The notes below the pieces were generated by a model, which saw nothing but the letters and a program-made list of their open reading frames with translations, did no database searches and had not been told where the DNA came from. A stretch of 64,000 nucleotides of DNA from the human T2T-CHM13v2.0 reference genome, Homo sapiens. The translations under genes were made by a program, and so were the position numbers. Below, piece after piece: positions 43,101-54,837 of this stretch; the stretch's first letter is position 1; each line of letters opens with the position of its first letter. The stretch is from NCBI RefSeq assembly GCF_009914755.1, contig NC_060930.1. The stretch is one strand, 5' to 3'.

Positions 43101-45101
43101 TTCTAGTACAGGTTCTTATCTTGTTCTATAAGTATTTTATGACTAATGTAATTTTACTTTGATTTCATAAATAATGCATCATTAATATCTTATCTGAGGG
43201 CAGAAACCATATTGGTACAACTTTCCAAATATTTAGTACAAATTGGGTTTGTTGATGAATAAAATGAAATAAAATTGTGTATGGGAGTCAGTCCTACGTT
43301 TTCATAGTCTTGATACTGGCTATGAAAGAGTGGCTACCTCACACATAAAACTCCACTTGGCTGCTAATTTCCATGCCATGACACCAGCTTATGACACAGA
43401 CCTTAGCACTAAGCCTAAATAGTTTACCTCGGAACCTAGATCATAAAGGTATAACTTGGGACATAGGGTGGAAAAGAATCTCTAAAATACAGATGCCTGG
43501 TTTTTGTGGGTTTTCTCAATTCTGCGTAGGGGTCCATCTTCTCCAGACTGGCTTGGATTGCAAGAAGCTGCATCTTCCTACAGAACTATTGTGATAAAAA
43601 TGTGAAACAACACGGGGTCCCAGATCAGACCTGAATGAGGTACCAAAGGTGATTTTTGCACCACTGATGCTCACTCTCCAGCACCATACTGCAACCAGAT
43701 GCCCCATTCACTTGACGAGGTGTGCTGCCAACAGGACTGGCATTTTTGCTATTGACCAACATTAGCTGGCATGGTTACAAGAGTCTGGACAGCCAGTTAA
43801 TCCTTAAAGATATGTCTTCTTTGATTGTGTGCTATAACATTATTCTTGCAAGTACTATTTTCTAAAGGACTTCTGAAGCAATAGAAAAAGCCGTAAATTG
43901 CTTTCCATTGCTAGGAAAAGTCATGTGTCTGTTTAAGTATACAAGCATCTTCAGAGGGTTATTTGTGATTGCAACATTTTCAGACTCAATAGAGTCACAT
44001 AATAAAGCAAACCCTTTCTAAGCATTTGAGTGTCCTTTCTCTGCTGTTTGAAGCACACAGATGAAGATAAAGATACACTGGGGAGGAAAACATATTTCTC
44101 CCAGAGAAGAAGAACAGGGTATGTGAAGTGTTAAAAAACTCAGAAAAGGGATAATGATTAGAATTTCAGGTATTCTTGAGCTATTGGATCAATTCAAAAT
44201 GCATGAGTGTTTCAAATTTTAGAGAATACTATAAATGAAAAAAAAGTGGCCATGCAAGTTTAAATTTAAATATTGCTGACTTGGAGTTTTAACAAAGCAA
44301 TTCACATTGCCGTGAATTGGAGATGGCAAAGATCCGCATTGCCACCAAATCCGTTGATCTGTTGAGTTCTTAAATTCAGTTCAGTTTTTTTTTAATTTCT
44401 AATTTTAAAATATTAAGAAAATTATTATATTTCTCCTGGATTGACATGTAATATAAGAAAAGGGAATTTCAGTATGTGTATACTTTAAAAACGTGAGGAG
44501 AAAGAGAAAACACTTTGAAAACATAGGTAATAGCCATAAATAAATATTTTGAAAGTGTCACTAGCCTCCTTCTCCATAATTAGTGTGCTAAGATGGCACA
44601 AACTAGGGAAAGGGAGGAGAAAATTACTTTTCACGAGGGAAAGGTTAGTTGGAATTTTCAGTTTTTATTAGAAAGGAAAAAGACTTTAAACCTAAGAAAT
44701 GTGATGTCAGCTTTCATCTTCTTTTGTGACTTTTTGGCCCACTTAAAAATTAAAATAATGCATAGCTTCCTCAAGTCAGTAAGAGGATTCTCAAATAACA
44801 TGCTTAGAATGAAGAGATCAGGACAACAAGTCTTTAATCTGAACAAGTAATTTATAGGATTATGAAAAATCCAGGTTCTTGACTAACCCCACTACAGAGT
44901 GAGACATAATTAAATTACGAGAGGAAAAAAGAACCATGAATCTGCTACCCCCTATAATCACTCATTAGATTTCAATGATTATTGAAAGCAGGTTAATGCA
45001 AAACTCAGCTATTTGTCTTTGATATACCTGAAAATTCTTTGGGCATTTCATCTAAATCACTTTGAAACACCCAGAAGCTTGGTAAGAGAATGCAAACAGA
45101 C

Positions 45102-45371
45102 TTTTTTTTTTTTTTTTTGAGATGAAGTCTTGCTCTTTCACCCAGGCTGCAACCTCCACCTCCCGGGTTCAAGCGATTCTCCTCCCTCAGCCTCCTGAGT
45201 AGCAGGGATTACAGGGGCCCACCAACAAGCCCGGATAATTTTTGTATTTTTAGTAGAGACAGGGTTTCACCATGTTGGCCAGGCTGGTCTTGAACTCCTG
45301 ACCTCAGGTGATCCACCCACCTCAGCCTCCCAAAGTGCTGCGATTACAGGTGTGAGCCACCACTCCCAGCC
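45102..45371 (-). mobile_element. AluSx-like with internal deletion
   Basis: Antisense Alu; CCCAGGCTG joins directly to CAACCTCC (about 29 bp missing, CTG microhomology). Confidence 0.93.
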
Positions 45372-47289
45372 AGACCCATTTTTTTATAAATCAGGTAGTG
45401 CTACCCATTCTTTAAAAGGCACACCACATTAGTATAGGCCAAAGTCTCTTTCGTTTCATTATATAACAATGACAGCAACTCAATTTAAGTGTATAATGAC
45501 CCAAACCAGCCATCCTAGCAGCAAAAAAACTTAATAGCAATCTTATCTGGAATGTTGACAGGGAGCACTTCCCAAGAAACCATTACAGCCTCTTCAGTTT
45601 ACAAAACAATTGGCTTTAATCTTTAATACTGTTAAGCAGTAGGGGGCAGATAGGCACATTAGCATAGCTTTACTTTTTATAAATAGCATTTAATGCACCA
45701 TATTCAGATACTGTTGGGCTAAGCATCTTATGTCAAACAGTTTTAGATTTGAGCAAATACTACAAAGATTTTTTTTTTTTTTCTTGAAAGGCAAGGCACA
45801 ATGCTTGCATTCCCATGATAGGACTTAGGAGAGTTTGTATATCAATGAAATTTGAAGGAAAAAACCTTGAACATGTTTCCTTAGGGAAATGTAAGATTCC
45901 TTGACATAAATTTAAGTTACAATGAGAAAAAAACCATTAAGAAGAAATTTTCTCAGTTCAACATAGAAGCATTAGCTTCATTAAGTTCATGTACTCTGCT
46001 TGGAGCATGAAGTAATGCTATAGTCTCACCACTATAGCTCTTCATCCATTTAAAAAATTTCTTTATTATTGCATGACAAGAACCCAGATGTGAATTTCAG
46101 ATATTCTCTTTCTTAAAGAAGCAAATATATTTTTTATCTTCGTAGTATGTCTTTGGATAACATGGAAGAAAGGGCTTAATATCATTGCTAAAATTGAAGG
46201 GCTGAGCGTGGATGATTTTCCGATGACTTACTGGGATCCTCACACTCAGTGCATGCCAGGTAGTCCTTCAAGGCATACCATATACACACTGCACACCTTC
46301 CTGGAGCATCTCATTTCCTTAATGATAAGAAATGTGTTTTGTATTCAAATAGGCACAAATGCATTAGGAATATACTGAACAACTTCCCTGCATTTTAAGA
46401 TAAACAAAACATAGGACTTTAAAGAAATTTCACATTTATGCTGGACTGCTTTGGCAGAGGTGGGCCTCCAGGTTCCCAGGGTAAGTACACTCAGCTTTCA
46501 ATTAAGGATATTTTGAAAGGAAGATTTGAAGACTGACTTAAACAACGGGGAGCAAGACCTACAGTCTTGCTGTAGTAGAAACCGTGTGGTTAAATGACAA
46601 CTTAAGCAAAAATATTCAAATATAGTTTTGCCTCAAAATTCATTCTGATAAAACTTTTCCTCTAGTTGCAAACAGAATTGGGAAAAATACAGGTCTTGCA
46701 TTCTCGGCCTTCTATTTAAAACGCAATAAAGCTATTTTGGAATTAGACATTATTTATTTGGAGAGAGTAGATTTATCACCTTGCTTCACACTTTCTACTT
46801 CTGATCTCTCTTGGTTTGCCTGTTAGCTTTTGGGGGAGTATTTCTTTTTGATAATCATCGTTATCTACTTATCTCAGTAATAAAGACTCTTGCACTGTTT
46901 TAACATGTTAGATGGTTAGACTATTTTGACCCAAATTGCTACTTAACTAAAGCGTGTATATAAATATCATTCTAGCAGAAATGTAGCATAGGTAAGAGTC
47001 TTCTATCTTCTAATATGTACATCTGCATCAATGAACACACTTTCTATAAGATAACTTCAACTATACTTATGATCTTCTCTACCTTAATGTAATATCATCA
47101 ATCTCTTAGTCAAGACGCAGAAAAAAATTTTTGGATAAAACAGCACTGTGAGACATTAAAATAGAAAAGGAATTGCTGGACAAGATGCAGAGCCTTTTTA
47201 AAATAACTTATTTGAAAACATCTAGCAAAGACAATGTGTTTTAATGTTAAAGCAGACTCTAGCCACAATTACAATAACTCCCCACAGTT

Positions 47290-47500
47290 TTCTTTAGTCT
47301 CTGTTTTCTGAGTAGCTTTTTTTGATCTTCACAACAATCCTGTGAGATAGGCAAAACTTTTGCTTCCATTTCACAGAGAAGAAACCAAGATTCATAAAGG
47401 TTAGATAATCTGTCCAAGGTCATAGACCTAAAAAGTGATATAGTGGTCATTGTTCCCTACACCACTGATTCCATGTTCAGAGATATTTTCCCAAATGCTA
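47290..47500 (-). mobile_element. MIR
   Basis: GATCTTCACAACAATCCTGTGAGATAGG..CCATTTCACAGAGAAGAAAC..TGTCCAAGGTCATA. Confidence 0.8.
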
Positions 47501-49742
47501 TGCTGCAAGCTTTCATCCCAATTAAGTCATTTATAAATGTGACTTTGTATTTATAAGAATGACCTCTGTAAGAAACATAAGAAACAGACTGTGGAACTCA
47601 GACCTACTCTATTTGGGTGGTCAGAAACCTACAAAACAATTATTGCTCAAAATGAGTTCTGTGGAACTCAGAGCAGGGGAAAAATGAAAACATAAATGTG
47701 GGGAATACTATCTACTAAGTTCTCTCTGGGAGATTCACAGTGTAAATGGCATAGTTACAACCCTGAGAAATACTGCAAAAATAAATGTATTCGTTTATCG
47801 CTTCCCAAATTTAATTGGGCTTGGAACTTTCTTTTTATCCCACTTATTAACAATTCCCATATTAATGCTGAATTCCAGCTTATTTTAGAAATTTCCCTTG
47901 TAGTGAAGAGTGAAATTTAAAAAATAAACCTGGTTTGAAATTCCCGTTGCCAAATTGGGTAGTAAATGCCTGGAATATGAATCTTATTCTCCTTTAACTT
48001 TGAAGGTTCCTGTAAAGAAAGAAGAGGATCTTTGAGTTTCTTTTTTACTTCTGCTTCCATCCTTTGGCTGTTCCAGAGCTGTTAACCGCCATGCTGTGAT
48101 GGTTTGAAATAAACCAGCCTTGCTATGAAAAACTTTGATAGATTCAACATCTCTTTATTTTCCTCCCTGTAGTGATCATTGTGGCACAAAATGATTTTTG
48201 AGGTTATGGGATAAGAAAAAAAGTTCTATGAAAGCAGGTCTTATTGATCCTATTGCAGGAGGTCTTATCACCGAGGATGGAAGATGCGGTTACTGAACTG
48301 CTTTTTACCAGCCTATGGAAGAGTCGATGCATTAAGTTGAAAAGAATGGGCTTAGATCATAAATCTGTTCTTTGGGGAAATTACAGATTCAAGCTCTTTG
48401 AAGATATTTATTCCTTCAAAGTTCTTAATTTGTGTTTATTCATTTCCCCTAGTTGATTTCAGGCACAAAGATAAGAAGAAAAACTTAATTCTGTATTGTG
48501 GCCATGCCTGGTCTGTGATTAGTATGAAAACGCTTTCTAAGTTTTCCAAGATTGCCTTTTAAAATAATCATATTTTGTTGCTGCCTTCGTTGGAATGCCT
48601 CTGTGTGTCTGATACTAGGCTTAATCTTGTTATTTTGTGAATATTATTTTGAAAATGAAATTCTCAAAGAAAAAAGGCTGAAAGGAAATTCAACCAGAAT
48701 ATTAACAATGGTGGTTTTCTTGGAAAGTGGGATCGTGGGTGATTATATTAATTTTTTTCTTATATTTTATGTGTTTGTGACATTTTCTACAATATTATTA
48801 GCATATCATATAGTATTACTGTGAAAATCAGAAAAAGGTGCTAAACTATTTGACATTTAAAATTAGGGTCCTATTTCTCTTTAAACTTCAGACATGATTT
48901 AAAGGTTTTTTGCTTTTCCTTTCAGCCCCACCTTTAAAAGTGAGGGAGGTAAAGTAAATGTATAATATTTCCAACAGTAATGCATTGCTAAAATCAAATT
49001 ATTGCATAATGATGATTAAACATCTAGGTCTGCCTCCAATAAAGAAATGAGGAATGACCTAATTACTGTAGTTTGCCTGTAAAAACCTATTCATTTATCA
49101 CTTCACCGAACATTATGACCAGAGTTTTACAGAAAGAGCGGGTTTCAATTTATAATTTTCCTCCCTCATAAACTGAAATTTCTGTTGAGCAGACATGAAA
49201 GATTTAGGCAACATTCACCGAGGAAAGCCCTCCAGCCTTCTCATAGGGTGCCTGGGAAGACTAACACCAATTTACATGCCTCTGGTCTAAAGAGCTATTG
49301 CTCTGAAAAATCTGAGGGCAGGCATCTCTCAGTCTTCTCCCCTTTGCATTTCTGACATGAATTGTTTCCACATAAATTTACTTTCTTATTGGTTTTGACA
49401 TAAGTAGGACCAGAAAGACTTTACAGGAAAGATTTGGGTAGTTATCAAGATGTTTTTCCAACCCCTGAGAGAAACTGGAAATAAGTTTATATGAAGAAGT
49501 AAGATTTTTTTAAAGAAACTTGAGAAAATATTGTATATATATATAACACATCCCTGAGATCATTCCCTAAAAGCCATACTTCAGTGCTAAATTTAGCTAG
49601 TCTAGTTGGACATGATTTAATGATGTTTTCTTAAGTTCTCTGTGTCTGACTATTCATAAAGCAAATAAGTCTTGATGACAAGAAAAGCTTAATAAAATCA
49701 ATATTGAATTGTCTGGAAATTAGTGATATGGTTTATGGACTC

Positions 49743-50115
49743 TGTATTAGTCTGTCCTCGCGCTGCTATGAAGAAATACCAGAGACTGGGTAATTTATAA
49801 AGGAAAGAAGTTTAATTGATTCCCAGGTCCATATTGCTGGGGAAGCCTCAGGAAACTTACAATCATAGCAGAAGGCAAAGGGGAAGTAGGCACCTTCTTC
49901 ACAGAGTGGCAGGACAAAGTGAGTACAAGCAGGCGAAATGCTAGATGTTTATAAAACCATCAGATCTCCTGAGACTCACTATCACTAGAACAGCAAAGGG
50001 GAAACCGCCTCCCATGATCCAACTACCTCCACCTGGTCCTGCCCTTGACACGTGGGGATTATGGGGGTTACAATTCAAGATGAGATTTTGGGTGGGACAC
50101 AGCCAAACTGTATCA
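49743..50115 (-). mobile_element. THE1 (C/D-like) solo LTR
   Basis: TGTATTAGTCTG..GAGACTGGGTAATTTATAAAGGAAAGA..ACAATTCAAGATGAGATTTTGGGTGGGACACAGCCAAAC; perfect TSD GACTC (49738-49742 / 50116-50120). Confidence 0.95.
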
Positions 50116-50437
50116 GACTCTCCAGATCCCTAGTTTCTCTTTTGTTTCTTTTGTACTACCTGAGCTATTGCATGAAGTGTCATGAGAGAATGCAATTATA
50201 AGGTTGATATCACTTGCCAAACCAATGAAAAGCATAAGGTATCTCTCTGGGTATGCATTTTAAGGGAAAAGAGAAGAATACACAAGGCAAAAAACATCTT
50301 ACTAATGGCTTGGCAGTATTTAAATATTTGATTATCTGGTTGTCCTATTTCCACCAGCCTTCCTCTCCAATCTTATTTCTCAAAGTTCTTCACATGCAGC
50401 CCAGGCCCCCGTTTTTGTGATTTTTTGATTAGGCACA

Positions 50438-50847
50438 TGCATTAGTCAGGGTCCTCCAGATAAAAGAAACCAATAGTATGTGTGTAGACAGAGAGAGAGA
50501 TTTCATTTAAAGAATTGCCTCATGAGACTATGGAGACCAGCAAGTCCAAGATCTGTAGGGTGGGACAGCAAGCAAAGATCCGGGGCAGAACCAGTGTTGC
50601 AGATGAAGTCTGAAGGCAGTCTGTGGCAGATTTCTTCTTGCTTGGGGGAGGTCAGTCTTTTCTATTTAGGCCTTCAACTGATTGGATGAGGCCTACCCAC
50701 ATTACGGAGGGTGATTGGCTTTACTTGAAATCTACCATAAATGTTAATTTCATCCCAAAACTCTCCCAGAAACATCCAGAATAATGTTTGACCAAATATT
50801 TGGGCACCACGGTTTATGTAAGTTGACACATAAAATTGACCAACACA
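50438..50847 (-). mobile_element. MLT2 (D-like) solo LTR
   Basis: TGCATTAGTCAGGGTCCTCCAGA..GGCCTTCAACTGATTGGATGAGGCC..AGTTGACACATAAAATTGACCAACACA. Confidence 0.88.
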
Positions 50848-51109
50848 GCGTATGTAGTTTTCTAAGTCTCCCCAGGTGATTCAGACACCACCTTCTCCTC
50901 ACTGAAGTAAAATCATCACTCTACTTCTGTTTCTCCTCCTGGTTGAAAACAATTGCTCTAGCTATGCCAAATTATTTTGAATACTCTGAATATTGACCTC
51001 CTTATGAAACCATGTCTGACTCTGCTGCTTCCTCATTTTAATGTTCTTCCTACCGCTTCTCTGCTTGGCTTCCTCTTAGACTCTATTCATCTTTTAAGAA
51101 TTAGCTTAA

Positions 51110-51425
51110 GGCTGGGTGCGGTGGCTCGCGCCTGTAATCCCAGCACTTTGGGAGGCTGAGGCAGATGGATCATTTGTGGCCAGGAGTTCGAGACCAGGTT
51201 GGCCAACATGCCAAAATCCTGTCTCTACTAAAAAAATACGAAAATTAGCTGGGTGTGGTGATGCATGCCTGTAATCCCAGCTACTCAGGAGGCTGAGGCA
51301 TGAGAATTGCTTGAACCTGGGAAGCAGAGGTTGCAGTGAGCCAAGCTGCAGCCTGGGTGACAGAGCAAGACTCTGTCTCAAAAAAAAAAAAAATAAACAT
51401 AAACATAAACGTAAAATAAAATAAA
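51110..51425 (+). mobile_element. AluS with small right-arm deletion and mixed A-rich tail
   Basis: GGCTGGGTGCGGTGGCTCGCGCC...GAGCCAAGCTGCAGCCTGG; A/AAACAT tail. Confidence 0.93.
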
Positions 51426-51549
51426 GAATGTGTTTAAGCACTGTAACCTTTTACAGATTTTACCACCTTCCTCTGTGTTCCTATATATATTTAAGTGTCT
51501 TTATTTCAGCACATGGGATAGGTTGTGTTGTGACTATTTATTACACATT

Positions 51550-51904
51550 CATCTTAGTCTGTTTTCTACTGATATACAGAATACCACAGACTAGGGAATT
51601 TATAAAGAAAATAAGTTTATTTGGCTTATAGTTCTGGAAACTGGGAAGCCTAAGAGCATGGTACCAGACTCCGGTGAGGGTCTTATTGCTGCATTGTCTC
51701 ATGGTGGAAAATGGAAGTGCAAGCAAGTACATGAGGCAGAGATAAAATGGGGGCCAAACTTACCCTTTTCTCAGGAGCCCACTCTCTTGATAAGTAACCC
51801 AATCCATTCATGACCTAATCACCTTTTAAAAGTCCCACCTCAATACTGTTAGAATGGCAAATAAATTTCAACATGATTTGGGGAGGTAGCATTGAAACCT
51901 AGCA
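51550..51904 (-). mobile_element. MaLR solo LTR (MSTC/D-like)
   Basis: TCTTAGTCTG..CAGAATACCACAGACTAGGGAATTTATAAAG..CATGACCTAATCACC..AAATTTCAACATG. Confidence 0.8.
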
Positions 51905-53634
51905 ATGTCTGTTTATTTCATTAAAATGTGAATGCCTTGGTATTAGAGGGTGACTTATTCATCTTTCTATCCCATCATCTAACAGAATCGAAGAAGGCCT
52001 ATTTTCACAATGAATATTGGCTGAATGATTATTTGCTGGGTGAATTGAGATCTGAAGGCTATACCTAAAAATTCTAGCAGCTGTGGTTGGACAGAAAAGA
52101 GTTTGAAAAGGATCATGGAAATGGTCTATATATTTTTAAGGGAGGACTGGTTCATATGGGACATCCTAGGCAGCAGAAGGAAGCTTATTGGGCAGAAGTT
52201 GGGAATAGTAAGAGAAGGAGTGTGTTATCTGATAAAAAATATCTATTATTTTGAATTGTTTCATAGGTCAGCCTTAACATGTCCTATATCCTTTTCTTAC
52301 GCATTCACCTATTAGATAATGAATAATATAACAGTATAAAATGAGACCACTGCTTCTATCAAATTTTATGTTTGCTTAGTGCCATCTCATATATAATGAT
52401 GAAATTGCAAGACATTCAGTATTTTCCTGATCCATTAAAATCTGTGTTTATATATTAAGCTGCTATGAACAACGCAAATGACCTGATGGGAGACCCCCCC
52501 GCCCTTGCTGGCCTCACATAGCTTGATACTTTTGGACCCTGTGGCAAGGAAAATGAGTTTGGAAGCTATTGAGCTAGAGCTGTGGTTTTTAAAATGGACT
52601 AAAACATTGTCTAAGTCAGGGGAATAATATGCATTCTTATAGGCCAATGGGGAAATGTGTGCAGAGGGTAGAAGGTGGGGGGGCATGATTACAGTTATTT
52701 ATATACCGGTTGCATCTCAGATATTTTGGATTTAAACTCTCCAAAGACCCAAATCACCACATCAAGTTTCTTTAAACTTTTTTTTCATGTGCATAATTGA
52801 GTGCTCAGCTGGATGCTGCACTCTACAAGCCTGATTTCCTTCCTAATTGCACAAGTGGCTGAGCTCTTACAATGCCATATTTCTGTTCATTTGCATTTAC
52901 ACAATATACTTCACTGTGTGCTTCAAATGCACCATTTGAATGTTGAGTCCTGTCTTTATCTTTAGGGTTCTTATAATGGCTTGGCCCACAGATAGAGCAA
53001 GTCTGGGGAGAGCTGCTATAATCTCGCTATGAGACTGCCTTCTTACAATCGGCCAATATTCAGCTGGCTTCTGAGGTGATGCTCAGCAGTAATTCAAATG
53101 GAAGAACACAGCAATAAGTAGAGGGAAAGAACACCCAAGGCGATCATTTAGAAATCGTTTTCAGGTCAGAATAAAAGAACATGGGATTTGTTTTATTTTA
53201 TTCCAAACACCATATAATCAAAAGGGTCTCAGGCTCCCTAGGAGTTCACTACATGGGGTTGCTTTATAAAACTGTCGAACAAAGCTAGAAAGAATTCTTG
53301 CCTTATATTCCCTTCCTAACTCACGTACTTGTTTTCAAATAAAATGAAGGAGTCTCTCTCTTCAAATAGTATAATTTCACTAAATGCTATAACTTCAGTT
53401 TCTGCAAAAGACCTGTTGATCAAATATAGAGCACACTTGTGGTAGCAAAATATATTTGTAATATGATCTCTCATATTTACTGCATTATGAATTTTGAACA
53501 TATTTTCCTTTCGGATTAACTAAATAGGGAAAGGCTCCTGGGTTGTCCTGAATGGTAGAATAATCGGAATCAGAGATGGAGGAGTCCTGATGGGGTCATC
53601 CTATGCTGGCTTGTGCTAAATATTCTTTAATGGT

Positions 53635-53843
53635 AAGGTTTCTCAACTTCAACACTATTGACATTTCAGCCAGATCTTCTTTGTCGTGAGCGGCTGCTCC
53701 GTGCATTGTAGGATGTTTAGCAGCATCTCCGGCCTCTACCCACTAGACACCAGCAGCATTTCTCCATGATGACACCCAAAAATGTCACCAGACATTGCCA
53801 AATCTTCCCTGGGAGGCAAAATTTCCCTGTTCGAGAACCACTT
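53635..53843 (+). mobile_element. MER20 (hAT-Charlie)
   Basis: TTTCTCAAC..CACTATTGACATTT..GTGCATTGTAGGATGTTTAGCAGCATC..CCAGACATTGCCAAAT..GAGAACCACT. Confidence 0.92.
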
Positions 53844-54101
53844 CTCTATAGGAACAATTTTGGTGACTGTGACCAGCCTATTTGGGCAATGTTTTTACTC
53901 AGGAAGTGTAACATAGAATGAGATCTAATAGATAAAATGTTGAGGTTGGCTTGCACTGTGGAGACTGAACATTTATTAAAGACTCCAGATCACAGCCAAA
54001 GTGACCTGGAATTTCAGAATTAATATAGGGATTTTCTTGCCATGCTATGCCCATTGCATCAGTCAGGGTTCTCCAGAGAAAAAGAACCAATAGTGTCAAT
54101 G

Positions 54102-54140
54102 GTAATGGCAAAAATCGCAATTACTTTTGCACCAACATAA
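54102..54140. mobile_element. Half MADE1 (Hsmar1 mariner TIR)
   Basis: GTAATGGCAAAAATCGCAATTACTTTTGCACCAACATAA followed by TA matches one arm of MADE1. Confidence 0.9.
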
Positions 54141-54220
54141 TATATATCTCTCTCTCCTCTCTCTCTCGTGAGAAATGATTTATAAATCAGGAGTTGAGGG
54201 CACCCCTGGCACCCCTTTCA

Positions 54221-54235
54221 AGAGAGAGAGGAGAA

Positions 54236-54277
<42 letters not shown>
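54221..54277 (+). repeat. (GA)n microsatellite, facing an inverted (CT)n tract at 54147-54167
   Basis: Read directly from the sequence. Confidence 0.95.
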
Positions 54278-54280
<3 letters not shown>

Positions 54281-54837
54281 ATTTATTCTGGAAATCGGCT
54301 CACAGGACTATGGAGGCTGAGAAGCACCACGATATGCTGTCTGTAAACTAGAGACAGAGGAAATCTGGTGGTGTAATTCATTCCCAGTCTGAAGGCCTGA
54401 GAACCAGGGGTGAGGGATAGGGTAGGGTGAAGGTGAGGAAGGAGGACTGGTATAAGTCTCAGAGTCTGAAGGCCTGAGAACCTGAAGCTCCAATGTCCAA
54501 GGCAGGATAAGATGGATGGCCCAGCTCAAGAGGAGAGAGAATTTGCCCTTCCTTCACATTTTTGTTCTATTTGGGCCCTCAACAAATTGAATGACACCTG
54601 CCCACATTGGTGAGGGTGATCTTCTTCACTCAGTCTACTGATTCAAATGCAATACCTCACAGACACACTTGGGAATAATATTTTGCCAGCTATTTGGGCA
54701 TCCCTTAGCACAGTCAAGAGGACATATAAACGCAACCACTACAGCTAGTCTATGGTCTCAGACTTTCTCAGCTCTCTCAGTGCAGCCCAGATAGAAGCAT
54801 AGACACCTATCCCGTCGTTTTTTCGGAGAACACCTAT

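Larger units (their letters stand above)
54055..54743 (-). mobile_element. MLT2B-like solo LTR with complex internal insertion
   Basis: TCAGGGTTCTCCAGAGAA..GAACCAATAG, then an insert, then GGCTCACAGGACTATGGAGGCTGAGAAG..AGTCTGAAGGCCTGAGAACC..CTCAGTCTACTGATTCAAATGC. Confidence 0.9.

Noticed and set aside
43530-48350. Other exon-like stretches (43530-43639, 46146-46259, 46400-46480, 48268 onward)
   Set aside because: One splice site is weak or frames are closed, and no consistent gene model links them.
54102-54140. miR-548-like precursor
   Set aside because: Only one MADE1 arm is present, so the hairpin cannot form.
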